Of a DNA stretch of 64,000 nucleotides, positions 49,840 through 63,500 are shown piece by piece. Source of the DNA: Eledone cirrhosa (taxonomy: Eukaryota); NCBI GenBank assembly GCA_964016885.1, contig OZ024743.1:366978001-367042000 (forward strand). Reading direction: 5' to 3'. A program made the position numbers and the translations under genes. Positions within the stretch are counted from its first letter, which is position 1; each line of letters starts with the position of its first letter. The notes beneath the pieces are model-generated. The model saw only the letters and a program-made list of their open reading frames with translations, ran no database searches and was not told the DNA's origin.

Positions 49840-52298
49840 GGGCTCTGACCGGAAGTTGCAGAAAGGGTTCCACCTCCCGTCTAGATCCCAATCAAAACAA
49901 GGGAGACAACCGCTACACCTTCAATGCTACAATATTAAAGAAAATGTAAAAGAAGGGATGAACAACGGAGCCAACACCAGAGCAAACGACAGCAACGTCG
50001 CGAGTACTGAGAAACCTCTCTAATGATTTTTGAGGCAAGCCAGCACACTCGCAGCGTTGCCTCGGGAGCAAAGGAGTCACTAACAGTGACGTCCCAGACA
50101 AGGCACCTGCCTCTCGACCAAGGGCACAGGATAAGACCGTCAGGTCACTTCTGGACAACCCAGATGGTTCCAAGACTAAGGAGATATTCGCCCGGGCCAA
50201 AGCTCTCTTCAGAATGAGGTTTAGCTCCGTGTGACGCGCGAAGCGGCCGGCATTCAGGCGGCAAGAAAGACCGTGGAGGCCTGTAGGGTCGAGGAGTTTG
50301 CCGCATCGGCACCTCAAACCCATGCAGACGTCGGCTCCCACTCTGAGAGCGATGGAGACACGAAGTTCGTCCAGGCTGAGTAGGCCACCAACGTTGGCCA
50401 CGGGTAGGGCATCGACCTAGTTGCCTGAGTATTTGGCGCTGGCAGATAGTAAGCGACACCTTGCAAACTGATCTGACTGGACGAAGAGGAGTCGAAGGTG
50501 GCCTTCGAACTTATGCTGTCCCAGGCTCTCTGACTTCGACTGTCCTCCACCTTCTCAGGAAGAGACAAGCCCAGCTCACTCCATTGCTGGAGAGCTTCAC
50601 CCAACTCCCTTGTTGGACCTAGTCCATGTTGGAGAGGAGAGGATGCTGATCACCAGGGTGGAGCAAGCGTGGGTGGAGGAAAGGAAGCAGAGGAGAGGAT
50701 GCTGATCACCAGGGTGGAGCAAGCGTGGGTGGAGGAAAGGAAGCAGAGGAGAGAGAGGGACGAACACCCACGGAGACGAAGACCCCCAAATCGCTTGGGC
50801 AACGCAGCCTGATCGCGGGACTCCGGAGAGAGTCTAACATTGACCAGACACTCGAGTCTCTCGAAGATTAGGTCGTCGAAGCGTTGGAGGCAGGACGAAA
50901 TCTGTGAGAGGGGCTGACCCTAAGCGGATACAGAAGCTTAGGAATAGACAGGTAGTTCCTGAGTAAGAAGAAACCTTGATGGGGTTCGATAACTTCGATA
51001 TTCCTCAGCAGTTGTTCAAGGCCAACCATCTTCAATTGGAAGGTTGACTCGAAGGCCAGGTCTGTGATTGGGGCTCCTAAGGAGCACCAAGCCGACGGGG
51101 AGGGACCGCGATGGAAGGGAAGGACTCTGCGAACAGGTCGATCAGCTGTTGGTGTTGAGAAGCCGGGTGGTTGAGGATCCAGAGCTCACATTTGGAGGTA
51201 TTGATCTGGAGACCCCGACGGCCAAGCTCCTCCACCATCCTGTTGGCAGTGGCGAGAACCATATCTGGAGTTCCCCCCAAACAGGCGTCGTCGAGGTACC
51301 AGGCATTGAGGTCCAACTCAGCTCCCATCTTGGTGACGCCATGAATGTCCAGTGCAAACAGCGCGGGCCCGAGTGGGTCACTCTGTTAGACTCCTGAGGC
51401 AGAGGTGATGATCTGGTCACCGAAAGAGAGGTAGTAGGGCTCCCGATAAGCCTGCCAAGCAAAGTGGTAGAGTTGTGGGACCCTCTCTCTTACTGAGCCG
51501 AGGACGATGTCGCGGCTGACGGAGTTGAAGGCATTCCTGAGGTCAAGTTTGAGGATGACCTTGGAGGACGAGAAGGGCAAGTTGACAAATGCTCTGGCAG
51601 CGTGGACAGCAGCCTCACATCACAACCTGGTACCCACCCCCAGCTGGATGGGGGAAAATTCCTCCGCCAGTGGGTCGAGGACCAACAGCAAACACGCCTT
51701 TGCAGTGAGGCGGCGAAGAGTGCAGCCAACCGCAATGGGGCACAGGTCCCCGTTGGGCTTGGTGAGACCAAATAGCTTAGGAAACTGATGGAGGCGAAAC
51801 GATGACATCATCAGTTACAGCACTAGATGATACTACCCTAGTAACACCTCCGGCTTAGGCTCTCTCTTTTTTTATATATAAGAAAAAGAAAAGAAAAGAA
51901 AAGAAACAAGAAAGCAAGAAAAGAATACAAGATTCTTTTATATTCTCCCGGAGAAAAGTTGTGTAGCATTGACTTTATGTGTGTAGCATTGTCTCATATA
52001 CATATTTAATGCGTTTTATCACTTACAGTTTAAATGTCCTCACTCCGCCCTTCTAATCCCAAAACAAATTGAATATGCCAACACACACTGAGCTTAGCAG
52101 AATAAGAGTCCTCTTTTCTCGACACATTGTTATAGTGACATATTGATATGTCATTCGGGTGAAGTCTCTGACAGAATTTCTGCAGTCAAGTATTACCAGC
52201 TTTCGAGTGTTCTCTTGTCTCTTTTATGCCGCATGTTTCATGGATTTAGAGTAAACAATTGTTGTATTTAAGCATTGAAATATCAATAGTGTTATAGA

Positions 52299-52466
52299 AT
52301 GGCAGAAGATAATTGTGATAATAACAATGACAACGATATCTTGAGAATGAAATCTTTATACAGTAACAGACTAGGTGATAACGGTAAAAACAAAACGAAG
52401 GTCTACTGTACTAGATGTCCATGTGTTATGTTAACACCAGGAAATGGTAATTATGTGAGGAAAAAA
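52299..52466 (+). CDS. RABIF: RABIF/MSS4 (Rab-interacting factor) exon 1
   Basis: MAED...GKNKTKVYCTRCPCVMLTPGNGNYVRKK|GTaagt; contains the first Zn-binding CxxC of Mss4. Confidence 0.88.
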
Positions 52467-54348
52467 GTAAGTATTAACGAACAGTTAATGCTCATTCTTG
52501 TATATATCACTGATTAAATATACCTTTTAGATATTTTATAGTAAATGTTAAGCTTCCATGTATCAACATTTAAAACTACCAAGGGCGTATACTGTCAAAG
52601 TTATCCTAGCTATGGCGCACACCCACAAACGTCAGGATTTTACAGTTTAATAAACTTAGGTATTGTAACTGTATAAGTTTGTATATATTGTAAATATTTG
52701 TTATGTTTTAACAGCCAGGCTAAATTATTACTGCTCACATTGGAGTATTTTGCCATGACGTGAAGTCAAGCAGTGCATTACGATTATCAAGTGTGCTATC
52801 ATTGAAATTCACTTTAACGGTGCAATCTTAATGGTCATTATAACTAGTTTCAGTACTCTATTTACGCTACATATGCATATGTGTATTGTACTTTGCACTA
52901 AATCACTGGTTACATATTTAAGGTAGTGCGGACCAGCAGGCTTTCTCTTTAATACACTAACGTTCATATGTTCACGGCTTTCTCTCTCTCTCTCTCACTG
53001 CAACAAAAAAAAACTTCATTCAAAAGAATGAGTTAAAAAGACCCAGCTAAATTGTGTATTTTTCCCCTCGCAGTTGTATTTTATACAACTGGCACTTCCC
53101 CTATCAGTCCATCAATACTGTATATTAAACACTATTTACCTATCAATTATTAATCTCGTTTAGATCCTATATTGGCTCACTCCATCATTGATTTATATTC
53201 TTAAAGTTCAATGTGGCAAGTTAGGTTTATTTTTTGGTGATGACCTTCGTCACCTACAGATCACTCATCTAAACATCAACTGCACCTTCTGAAAAACTCA
53301 CCCTAGTAGCATTCTATCTTCAGTTGGAAAATTGGAGCAAGCTTAACATTTGTTTATAAATGGGTGAAGGTACTGCAAACATTGCACTTTAGAACGTTTA
53401 GCATATAGTCTAATAATATAGTTCCACAGTAAAGAGTTAATCCAAAACAAAGCCATAGTTACAAAAGACCCCCCCCCCCCCAATCCTTCTTCGATTAAAT
53501 AACTAAGCTCCTGGATTACATGATACAGTTAGTATGTAAATAGTATGTAGCATGCATTATATTGCCATAGTTCAGGGGATTCCTTGCCAGATTCAGTCAA
53601 ATGACACTCTATTGACACTTTGATCAGTTGAATCATTCAGTAAACTCAATTAACATTCTAGCTATTATAAGGACCTTATGCACTTCCTTGAGGTATAAGC
53701 TTCATATGTATAGTCTGCATGAGTGCTTTCAACCCATTCAAAAATGTATCCTAAATCTTTCTACTCTTTCTTTTGATAAACAATGAACTAAGTCAACTGA
53801 AAGATTTGTTGGTGATTGTAAAGTCTTGAGAAATTGACAGCTTCTAAATCTGCTTTCTGAATCTTCCTATCAGCACAGCACCTGGTCCTGCTCTATTATC
53901 ATCTGCAATATGTTAGATACAGATTTGAAAAGACAGTTAATAATTTCCTCAAATTCTTGAAAAACTGAGGAGATTCCAAGAACCAAACACTTGTACCAAT
54001 ATAATCTGTCAGAAGAAGCACATATTGTTATATGACATGGTGATAGATGTAATTCTATTAGATGATATCCTGTATTAAGATCCAGTTTTGAAAAAAAGCA
54101 TTATCTATTGAAATTTTTTGGTAGCTCAACACTAGGTACTGGATGTTGTCTCCTATGGATAGCTTTATTTGTAGCCATCAACTTTCTCAATAACACACAG
54201 CTTTAACAAACATTAATTTCTTTACATGAAATGATATTTATTGTTTGTTAAAACAAGATGCCATTGAGAAAGTTGGTGGTTACACACCTTTAGTTACAAT
54301 TCCTTATAAAGATGACTGTATGCGGATCTATGTGCATAGTAACATTAA

Positions 54349-57300
54349 TCATCATCATCATCATCTTCGTTTAACGTCCATTTTCCACGCCAGCATGGGT
54401 TAGACGGGAGTTGTCCCATTTGAGGCAAGGTTGGTCGGGTAACCATGTCTCGTTCATATAGGACTATCTGGCAGGTTTTCTACGGCTGGATGCCCTTCCT
54501 AACACCAACCACATTTACAGTGTGGAACTGGGAACTTTTTACCGTGTTACCTACACGGCCACATTACAGCGTGGACTCTGTGTTTTTTCTTGTGACACCT
54601 ACACGATCTCGATCTCATTTATCTCATTTATTTGGACTGGATGTTGTGGTACCAACTTTTTAGAGAGAGGTTGGTGGGAGTGGGAGGATAGGGTAGGGTT
54701 AGTGGATTGGGGTGTATATTTGGTTAAGAGGTGCCTACTGACTGTAGGTTTTGCTTTGTATATAGGCAAGGCGGCTCTTCTGTATTACTGCGTAGCGCCA
54801 AAGACCTCGGTCCAGTGACATTGTCTTAGAGAGGTGCAAGTGTGTAAGGTCGGAATTTATCAGATCGTCCCAGGTTTTTCTGGGTCTACCTACTCCGTAA
54901 CTACCATCAATTTTGATCGCCCTGCACTTTTTTATACAGCTGTCGTCTTTCATGCGCATCACGTGGCCATACCAACGTAGTCTTCTCTCGAGTAAACAGC
55001 ATCTGATCCCTCTTATTCCTAATTTCTCACTTAGTTCATTTATGCTTTGCCGTTCACGTATATTACTATTACACATCCAATGGAGCATGCATGCTTTGTT
55101 CCTTTCCAGTCAACGCAGGTCCTCTGCATGTAATGCCCATGTCTCACTGCCATGTAACATTGCTGTTCGTATACAGGCATCATACAATCTGCCTTTCATT
55201 TTTAGAGAGAAACCTTTTGTGGCCAACATCGGTATAAGCTCTCTGAACTTTTTCCATCCCGTTCTGACTCTGGCTACTGTACTTTCAGAACACCCTCCAC
55301 CACTACTGATTTTGTCACCCAGGTCACGGAAAGTGTCTACTATTTCTATAGAACCATCTGGGCAATAGAAGGGGCTAGTATCCTGTGGACACTTGCTACT
55401 TATTGCACCTGAGCATTGGCCACATATAAAGTCTACGTTCTTAGATAGTTTACCTGTGATCCCACTACATCTTTTATGTACCCATACTTTGCATTTGGGA
55501 CATAAAATTGAATTTCTGCCTACTCCTTTCTTACACACTGAGCAAGGCCATTTCCCTGAGGGTACCTGTGCCTTATTTTCCTTTCTACAAACTAGGACTT
55601 TAGTCTTAGACAAGTTAACTTTAAGGCCTTTTGATTCTAGGCCATGCTTTCATGTTTGGAATTTCTTTTCTAGTTCAGCCATTGATTCAGCTATGAGCGT
55701 TAGATCATCTGCATATAGGAGTTCCCATGGGCAGCCGGTCTTGAACTCCTCTGTTATAGCCTGAAGGGCAATAATAAATAGGAGGGGGCTAAGGACAGTG
55801 CCTTGGTGAACACCAACTTTTACACTAAATTCTTCACAATATTCATTGTTAATTCTAACCTTACTGATTGTTTCATTATACATAGCTTGTATAGCTCTCA
55901 CAAGCCATTCATCTACACCTAGTTTTCTAAGAGCCCACCAGATAATAGAGCGGGGGACTCTGTCAAAGGCTTTTTCCAGGTCTACAAAAGCTAAGTAGAG
56001 GGGTTTACTTTTAGCTAGGTACTTCTCTTGTAGTTGTCGTACAAGGAAAAGAGTGTCTGTGGTACTTTTACTTGACACAAACCCAAACTGCATTTCATCT
56101 AGATCAATTCGCTCTCTGATTAGTTACGCTATAACTCTTTCTGTGACCTTCATGACCTGGTCAACTAACTTAATGCTTCTATAGTTTCCTCTATCTAGAG
56201 CATCTCCTTTACCCTTGTGGCAGTTAATGATGATGCTGCTACGCCAGTCTTTTGGTATGACCCCATTCTGTATTACTTGGTTAACTATACGGGTGACCAT
56301 AGTATGTCCCACCATTCCAGATGCCTTCAACATCTCAGCAACTATCTCCGAAGGCCCAGCTGCCTTGCCTGTCTTCATATCTTTGATTGCCTTACTTATT
56401 ATACTACCTTTAACTTGCACCGCTGGTCCTTCTATTGGATCGATTTGGGGCAGACTATCTTTTTCCCACTTATTCTCCTCATTTAATAGTCTCTCGTAGT
56501 GACACTTCCAGGCTATCTTCTTATCAGCATCAGTGAGGGCAAGTACACTGTTATCATTACGGACACACTTCTCCCCGACAATATTACAGTTTTCCTTGAC
56601 ACATTGTCTAGCAATCCCGAACACCTCGCGTTTTTGGTCCTCACGTTGTAGAACATGCTTGAACTTTCTTTCCTCTGCTTCCCTTTTTGCAAGGTACACT
56701 TGTCTCCTAGCTTTTCTCCTGGCCACTTGATAGTGCTCTCTACTTCCCCCATCCTGCCATACTTTCCAAGCCTGCTTTTTGGCCTTGATTGTCTCTTCTA
56801 CCTTACTGTTCCACCACCAAGTTACTCTCCTCCTGCCAATAGGTCTGCTCCAGCCACAGATTTCATCCGTTGCTTTCAGCAGGTTCACTTTCAAGAATTG
56901 CCACTGTTCCTCTATATCGCACATCTCTAATTGCTCTTCCTTATTGTCAAAGGTATCAAGTAATAAGCTTTTAAATTTGTCACTGGCTATGGGGTCCTTC
57001 AACTTCCATATTCTTCTCCTCAAGGTAGGCCTCCTTCCTGACTGTGAGGTCACTAACTACTAGGCTATGTTGGGAGGTGCATTCTTCACGGGGGAGGGAT
57101 TTAGTGTTTACAACAGACACTTTGTCCCGTCTTCTAGTAAGGATATAATCTATCTGGCTGGCGTGTTCCCCTGATCTATAGATGATCAAGTGGTTTTCAT
57201 GTTTTTTGAAGTTTGTGTTACAGATAGTTAGGTTATTGGCGTCACAGAATTCCAGGATTCTGAAGCCTTCCTCATTTCTATTTCCAACCCCATAGCCTCC

Positions 57301-57960
57301 ATGGATTCCATCATAGCCATCACTATGTTGTCCAGCAATAATTAGGTAGTCGCTGTCAGTTATTTGGGAGGTAGTGTGCATTAGCGTCTCATAGAACCTG
57401 TCCTTTATAACGTCAAGTAGACCAGATTGGGGTGCATAAGCGGATATTATTGTCACAGTAGTTCTATTTAGAACTAATCTTATATTAATTATTCTGTCAT
57501 TTACTTTATTTACGTCGATTACCTTATCTACCCATTTTTCAGCTAACATAATCCCTACTCCACCCAGTCCGTTCTCATTTCCCACCCAGAAAAGTTATAG
57601 CATCGTTTTTTACCCACGATGAATCTGGCAGACCCTCCCCCCTCTCCACCTAGTCTGCCTACGTTCATGGTACCAACTCTGAAGTTGGGAGGGTGGGATG
57701 GATGGGTTAGAGGGGCAGGCAGGGTGGGAGATGGAATTATGTTGGTCATTCGTGTCTGAAATAGAGAGGGGTCTTTGTATTCTCGTCCTGCAGCAGGAGG
57801 TGAATTTATCTTTATCTGTGACATCGTCATTGAATGCTTAGACTTTCCAAATCTCCGCAGTCAACCCATCAAACAGATCTAAACTTAAGGAGTAGTAACC
57901 GGGGCGGTAGCTTTGCTATACTGATTTATTAGGGAACTTACTAAAGCCGCTGAGTTATGA
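54349..57960 (-). mobile_element. Near-full-length decayed RTE-clade LINE in the RABIF intron (antisense); 5' end approximate
   Basis: APE endonuclease (VGTMNVG, GVGI, ISAYAPQ, QIDYIL), RT (QFGF, FVDLEKAFDRV, GVHQG, LLYADD), RTE C-terminus (RRLRWYGHV, GRPRKTW) and (GAT)n tail. 57053-54735 is one frame broken only by three premature stops. Confidence 0.95.
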
Positions 57961-60230
57961 TTGGACCATTAGCAATGGTGGTGTGTGGGGGTGGGAGGGC
58001 GGGAAATGTGTAACTTTAGGAGAAGGATTTGATTTAGGAAGGGTCCAACAGAATGAGACAAATCATTTAAAAACATGTAAATATTAATTGAAAATTCGAG
58101 AGAAACAAACGGGGAATTTGAATTGTAGACTAACATAGCTCGGAGTTTAAAAACACTGCTCATTGGGAAGACTACGGAATATGGAAGTCAATGCTAGACA
58201 ATATGGAAGATAATACTAGAAGGATTAGATTTAGGAGAAGGAAATGTATGTGTAAATCAGTATTTATACATATATTTAAAGTAGTCATGTAGGAGTCATG
58301 ACAAAAAGCACCTAGCACACAGTGTAAATGTGGTTGGCATTAGGAAGTGCATCCAGCTGTAATCTAGCCAGAAACAGCTCTATATGAGCAAGTCACAGTC
58401 ACCTGACCCAACTTGCCTCAAATGGGACAACCCATCTATCCCATGCTAGCATGCATAGTGGATTTTAAATGATGATGTTGATATGTCTATAAATATTTCC
58501 AAGCACAGTTTTTTTCTTCTCTTTACATTGGTTTAGTCTGAAGGAAGGGGCTATGCTATTCACCTTCAAAGCCAGTTAGATCACATTATTCATTATCGAT
58601 TCTATAACAGCATGTGATTTAATCGATAAATTGACATTAAAATAATTATCCAGTCATGTAAATCCAATATATTTACCTATGTATCAACTGCACCTCTAAC
58701 TTTAATTAGTCATTCAAGTCACACATTCTGAGGCTAGACTGGTGAGGTGACTACATCTTGCTCATATGTTCTATTTTTTTGCTTGGTTTTTGTGGCTGTA
58801 TGATCCTTTCTAACACCAACCACTTTACAGAGTGTACTGGATGCATTTTATTGTGGCACCAGTACTACCACCTTAAACTAGACTGGTTGTTTTTTATCAT
58901 GGTTCCAGAACTTCCATCTTACAGGATGGGCTGGGAGCATTTTATCATTGTACCAGCACTATCACTTTACAGTGTGGACTAGGTGCTTTTTATGGTGGTA
59001 CCAGTTTCAACATCTCGCTATTTTGAGTTCAAATTTTACCAAAGTCAACTTTGTCTTTTATTTCTCCAAGGTCACTAAAATGTAAACCAGTATTGGTTTG
59101 GACCATATGTATCTCAGTATTTAAAATAGGTACACAGTATCTCTGCATACTGTGAGGTAAATCTGGCTGTAAAACACTGCCTCCAAAAGACCCATCCAAT
59201 ACATACCAGCTTAGAAAAATGAATGCAAAATTCGTCTCCACAAAATAAATTATTTTTATTACAGTCAAACGAAAAAGAATTGATATTAGTGAACTTTTAC
59301 CATCTCTTTTAGTCACCACCTAAACCCTCCTAAATCCTAATAGCTATTATCTCCACAGTACATTCTCACACTGCTGGAGGTCTTCCTACCTCTTCTATTC
59401 ACCACCCTCCACACCAGGCACATGCTCATGACACAATACTTTATCTCTGTCCATAGGGTAGAGAGAGATCTTCAGTGAGTCAATGACTAACAACTTCTCT
59501 GGTGCTGGTTTCTTGAAAAATGCATCCAGTAGACCCTGTAAGGTGGTTGGCAATGGGAGCAGCATCCTGTTGTAGAAACCATGCCAAAAGTGTTGAAAGG
59601 ACACTTTAGTTGTGTCAGGGGCATGACAATCTCTCTAGTGTTGGTGATCTACATGATAAATGCACCCAGTACATTCTGTGAAGTGGTTGGTGATGGGAAG
59701 GGCATTCAGCCATAATAAACCTACCAAACAAAGGGTTGGGAGGCCTCTGCACCTTTACCCATTAGTCATAAATGATTATGAGGTTACACCTGGAAAATTC
59801 CTCTTCAGGGTTCAAGCCTGAGCAAGTTGTTTTGTGGAAAACTAGCAATCACTCATGCATGCTAGTCTGCTCTCTCAATGTTACCAATGTTATCCAAGGG
59901 AAATTCAAAGACCAATACAGCTTGGTATCAGTGACATCGCAACTTATTTTTTCCAGGTGAGTGGAGTGGAGCAATGTGAAATAAAGTGTCTTGCTCAAGT
60001 ATACAACAAAACTCCCAACCCAGAAATCAAATCATGACTTTATAATTGTGAGTTCAATAATCCTAAACACTAAGCCATACACCTTCTCAACAACAAAGTT
60101 AAAACACAATGATGGTGAAATTTGACTTTAAAAAGCAATTGGAATGAAACATTTTAACAGTTATATGAATGTATCTGTATGAAAAACTTATCTTTTTTTA
60201 GATTCTGAAATGCATTCTATTATTTTACAG

Positions 60231-60512
60231 TTTCACCTACCATTAGACAATGGTTCAAAAGAAGAAAAAGATGGAAGTGAAAGTAGTAATGTCACAGATG
60301 TTTATGATGGAGATGATAAACTTGTGGATTGCTGGAAGATTGATAACATGTACAACTTCGAAAATATTGGCTTTTCACACACTGTTGGGACTGTCAAGTA
60401 CTTGGTATGTGCTGATTGTGATTCTGGTCCTGTAGGCTGGCATGATCTCAGTAAAGGACAAGCTTGCTATCTTTCATGGGACCACATAAGTCATTCTAAA
60501 CCAGATGACTAA
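60231..60512 (+). CDS. RABIF: RABIF/MSS4 exon 2
   Basis: ttttacAG|TTT; contains WKIDNMYNFENIGFSHTVGTVKYLVCADCDSGPVGW (Mss4 FENxGFS and CADC motifs); stop at 60510-60512; joined protein 149 aa. Confidence 0.95.
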   Translation, partial: FHLPLDNGSKEEKDGSESSNVTDVYDGDDKLVDCWKIDNMYNFENIGFSHTVGTVKYLVCADCDSGPVGWHDLSKGQACYLSWDHISHSKPDD

Positions 60513-63500
60513 ACTTATGTATGAGAATTGCTATATTTTAACTGTAAAGGTAACTAATCTCTTGAAAAGCTATAGGAACATTCTTTCTTTCTCTTTCTTT
60601 CATACACATTTACTCTCATCCCATGCCCTGATATTTTTGGTAGGCCTTTGGTCAAAAGGAATATCAAAGCAACATAAGCCAGCTGTATTGACCAGTCCTT
60701 GAGCATTACTCCACTTCATTATACATTTTATTCAATAGACAAAACAGTTGAGTGGATGAGGTAGTGAACTACCAGTTTCCAGGTTGCAAGTTCAAATCAA
60801 CTGCAGGTATTTCATTGTTTGTGCGAAGAACAATTTAACCTGCTCCTGTTCACCTAGCTGCCAGGTAGCAAATCTTGAGTCTTACCTGAAATAAACTGGC
60901 ATCCTACCCAGGATTAAATACAAGAAAACCAAGTTAAGCACTGGTTGTATAAACATCTACAAGCTGTAGGAGACATTTACTGTTTCTTTAATTGGGTTAT
61001 AGGTGTCATAACTTACAGCTGTTGTAAGTGATGGGTAGAGTAAATTATAGCTGAGATAAATTATAGTTGTGGCAAGCTGTCAAATAGGGTGAGTTGAAAT
61101 CACATTCTGGAACTCTTTTTTAGTTAACACTATATCTAACTTGTAGAACATGTTTTCTATCCTCATGTAGAACTTGAAAACAATTCCTATTAAATAGTAG
61201 GGCTGAACTATGAGGCAATAGTCTAAAGTTCAAATATTTCTACCGCTATTGTGCAGCAAGACACACAAGCTGCTTGCTTCAGTTTGTACATCTGATGTAT
61301 AGATTCACAGTTGAAAAAACATAAGGCTTTGTCCATGCTAACATGAGACAGTGGATGTAAAATAGTAGTAAAAATAAAATAAAAATACCAAACATAAAAC
61401 CTTTAGCAATGCATGAATTTCTCTTCATTCTGTGAATTAATGATACTGAGATTTGAAACCTTAACACTTTTGTTGTGACTGGATAAAAAAATGTTCAATG
61501 CCTTGACTATTTAAAACCAAATGTCTTTTGTTGTTGCCTATCATTTTTTTCTACATGATTGACAAATATAAAAATAGGGACCAAAGTTTTATCACTGTTA
61601 TGGATACTTTTATTACTTGTGGGGGTTAATTTTGTCTTTTGTGGGGATAGTTTTATCATTTATAAGAGCAATTTTGTGGCTTGTAGGAATACTTTTGTCA
61701 CTGGAAGTGACAGATTTGTCTCTTGCATGGACAGTATAATTTCAGTGCTTTATATAGGCTCAATTAGGGAGGAAAAATGAAATTTGTAAAGATGATTCCT
61801 TCTGTAAATTTAATGTTAAGAGGTTGTTTACTGCTGTGAAATAAACCAAGCAGAAAAGGCAAATGATGAGTGATTGGTTATGAAAATCTAAAATATTATT
61901 CATAGAGCTGCAATTTTTATATATATGCAGAGAAAGACTTGAACTGCTCTGAATATCTCTTGTACAGTTTGAAAAAAACAAAACATGGCATGCAAGATTA
62001 ATTTTTTATCAATAAAAGTTCATTGGATTGAAAATATTTTGAGGTGTTGAAATTAAATGAAGATATATCATTGATATGTAATTATAACCATCGATGTCTT
62101 TTCTATATTGATATGGGTTGAATGAGATTTGTACCATGCTGTCTGTAAAGCTCTTTTATGTTTCCTAATTACTTGTTTGAATATTTCCTTGGTCTACCTC
62201 TGTCACAGATATATTCTATCTGCTACTTGTAACATAATATATATCATTTCTGCACAGATTATCTAACAGTTGCTTTCTAAGCTCGCTTGTGATGAACCTT
62301 CCTCATAGATCAACATTGCATTTTCAATGGAAGTATTGTTATGATTCTTTTATTCAAAAAATATAAAGTAGTGCATTGATACAGTGGATATAGAGAAAGA
62401 AAGCTGCAGGAGAGATAACTGTGCCTTAGGATACTCTTGAGTTCATAGAATTGAGATAAACTCCATCACATAGTGTATTATAGAGGTTTGACAAGAACTT
62501 TTTTATCTTGGTAATTAGTGAAGTAGGTGGTGAATTGGCAGTCATTAGAACATTAAATAGAAAGTCCTGTGAAATTTGTTTTTCCTCAGCTCTCAGATCC
62601 TAACTTTCTCTAAGGTTGACAAAGTACCAGCTAAGAAGAGGGGTTACTTCTCTCTCTCTCTACATTATACTGTGCAAAGGGTTGAGAGGGATTACTTATA
62701 GTGTCTATTTTCCAGAAATGGAGAAGGGCTGAATGAGGAGATAGCAAACTCTCTTCAAAGAAAAGCTGATATACTACTCAAACTGTCCAAGTATTGACCA
62801 ATTTGCTATACAGCAGGGAATGGAAATAAAGAATTTGTGAAGTGGGAAGTTAACAGGCAGATTTTTGCCAGGTTCTCATATAAGATAAGATTCAAAATTT
62901 TACTGATGGGAATGTTAAGAAGTTTACTTGAGTTAAAGTTGTTAAGGGTAAAAGATCATTGACTGGAAGATGGTCTGAAGATCTGACTCTCTGAAATGAT
63001 GATGGTTGATGCTGCAGGATCAAAGAAGTACCTACTTTTCTTTAGAAAATGTCATGTTTTCTATTTTTATTTTAGGGATGAATAACCTTAATCATCTGTG
63101 TATGAAAATCTCATAAGAGGACCATGTAAAGAGCAATAGATGACCTACATGTAATAGCTCTCATCTGTCTTAACTACAGTAATTATTCTGCTCCTTTGCT
63201 GAAAATCATATATCTCTAGCATTTACATTACTCTATATTTACTATTATATTTTCATAGTAGAGGCTTTACCTCACATCATTATCTCACATAATATCGAGT
63301 CTACGAGATTTTGATATTACTTATTTTGAGAACAATACCTTAACATCAATATCAGCGGCCAGATACAGCTGGTTTGAACAGAAAGAGGTGAGAGAATTTT
63401 GGCTGAATACGGCTGGTTTAAATGCTAAACGGTTATTTTTGTTCAATTGTTGTCATCAGTACTCTTCAATCACCACACCCACTATCTATTCTGCACATAA

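Larger units (their letters stand above)
47789..49917 (-). mobile_element. Non-autonomous LTR retrotransposon (TRIM-like, probably Gypsy-mobilised)
   Basis: Two 367-bp LTRs (47789-48155, 49551-49917), identical by eye; TGTAGCG...CGCTATA termini; CCTT TSD (47785-47788, 49918-49921); PBS and purine-rich PPT; no gag/pol. Confidence 0.93.
47731..51790 (-). mobile_element. CRE-like non-LTR retrotransposon (copy 3) with the LTR element nested in its 3'UTR
   Basis: KPNGDLCPIAVGCTLRRL, LDLRNAFNSV, WYLDD and CRCGKLLDPTGLHGLSC..RH motifs in 49990-51790; the 3'UTR resumes at 47784-47731, ending tacaactatgAATAAA. Confidence 0.88.

Noticed and set aside
50632-50755. ~57-bp tandem duplication in CRE copy 3
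   Set aside because: Ordinary post-insertion slippage in a dead element; similar short duplications occur at 1808-1867 and 49214-49335.
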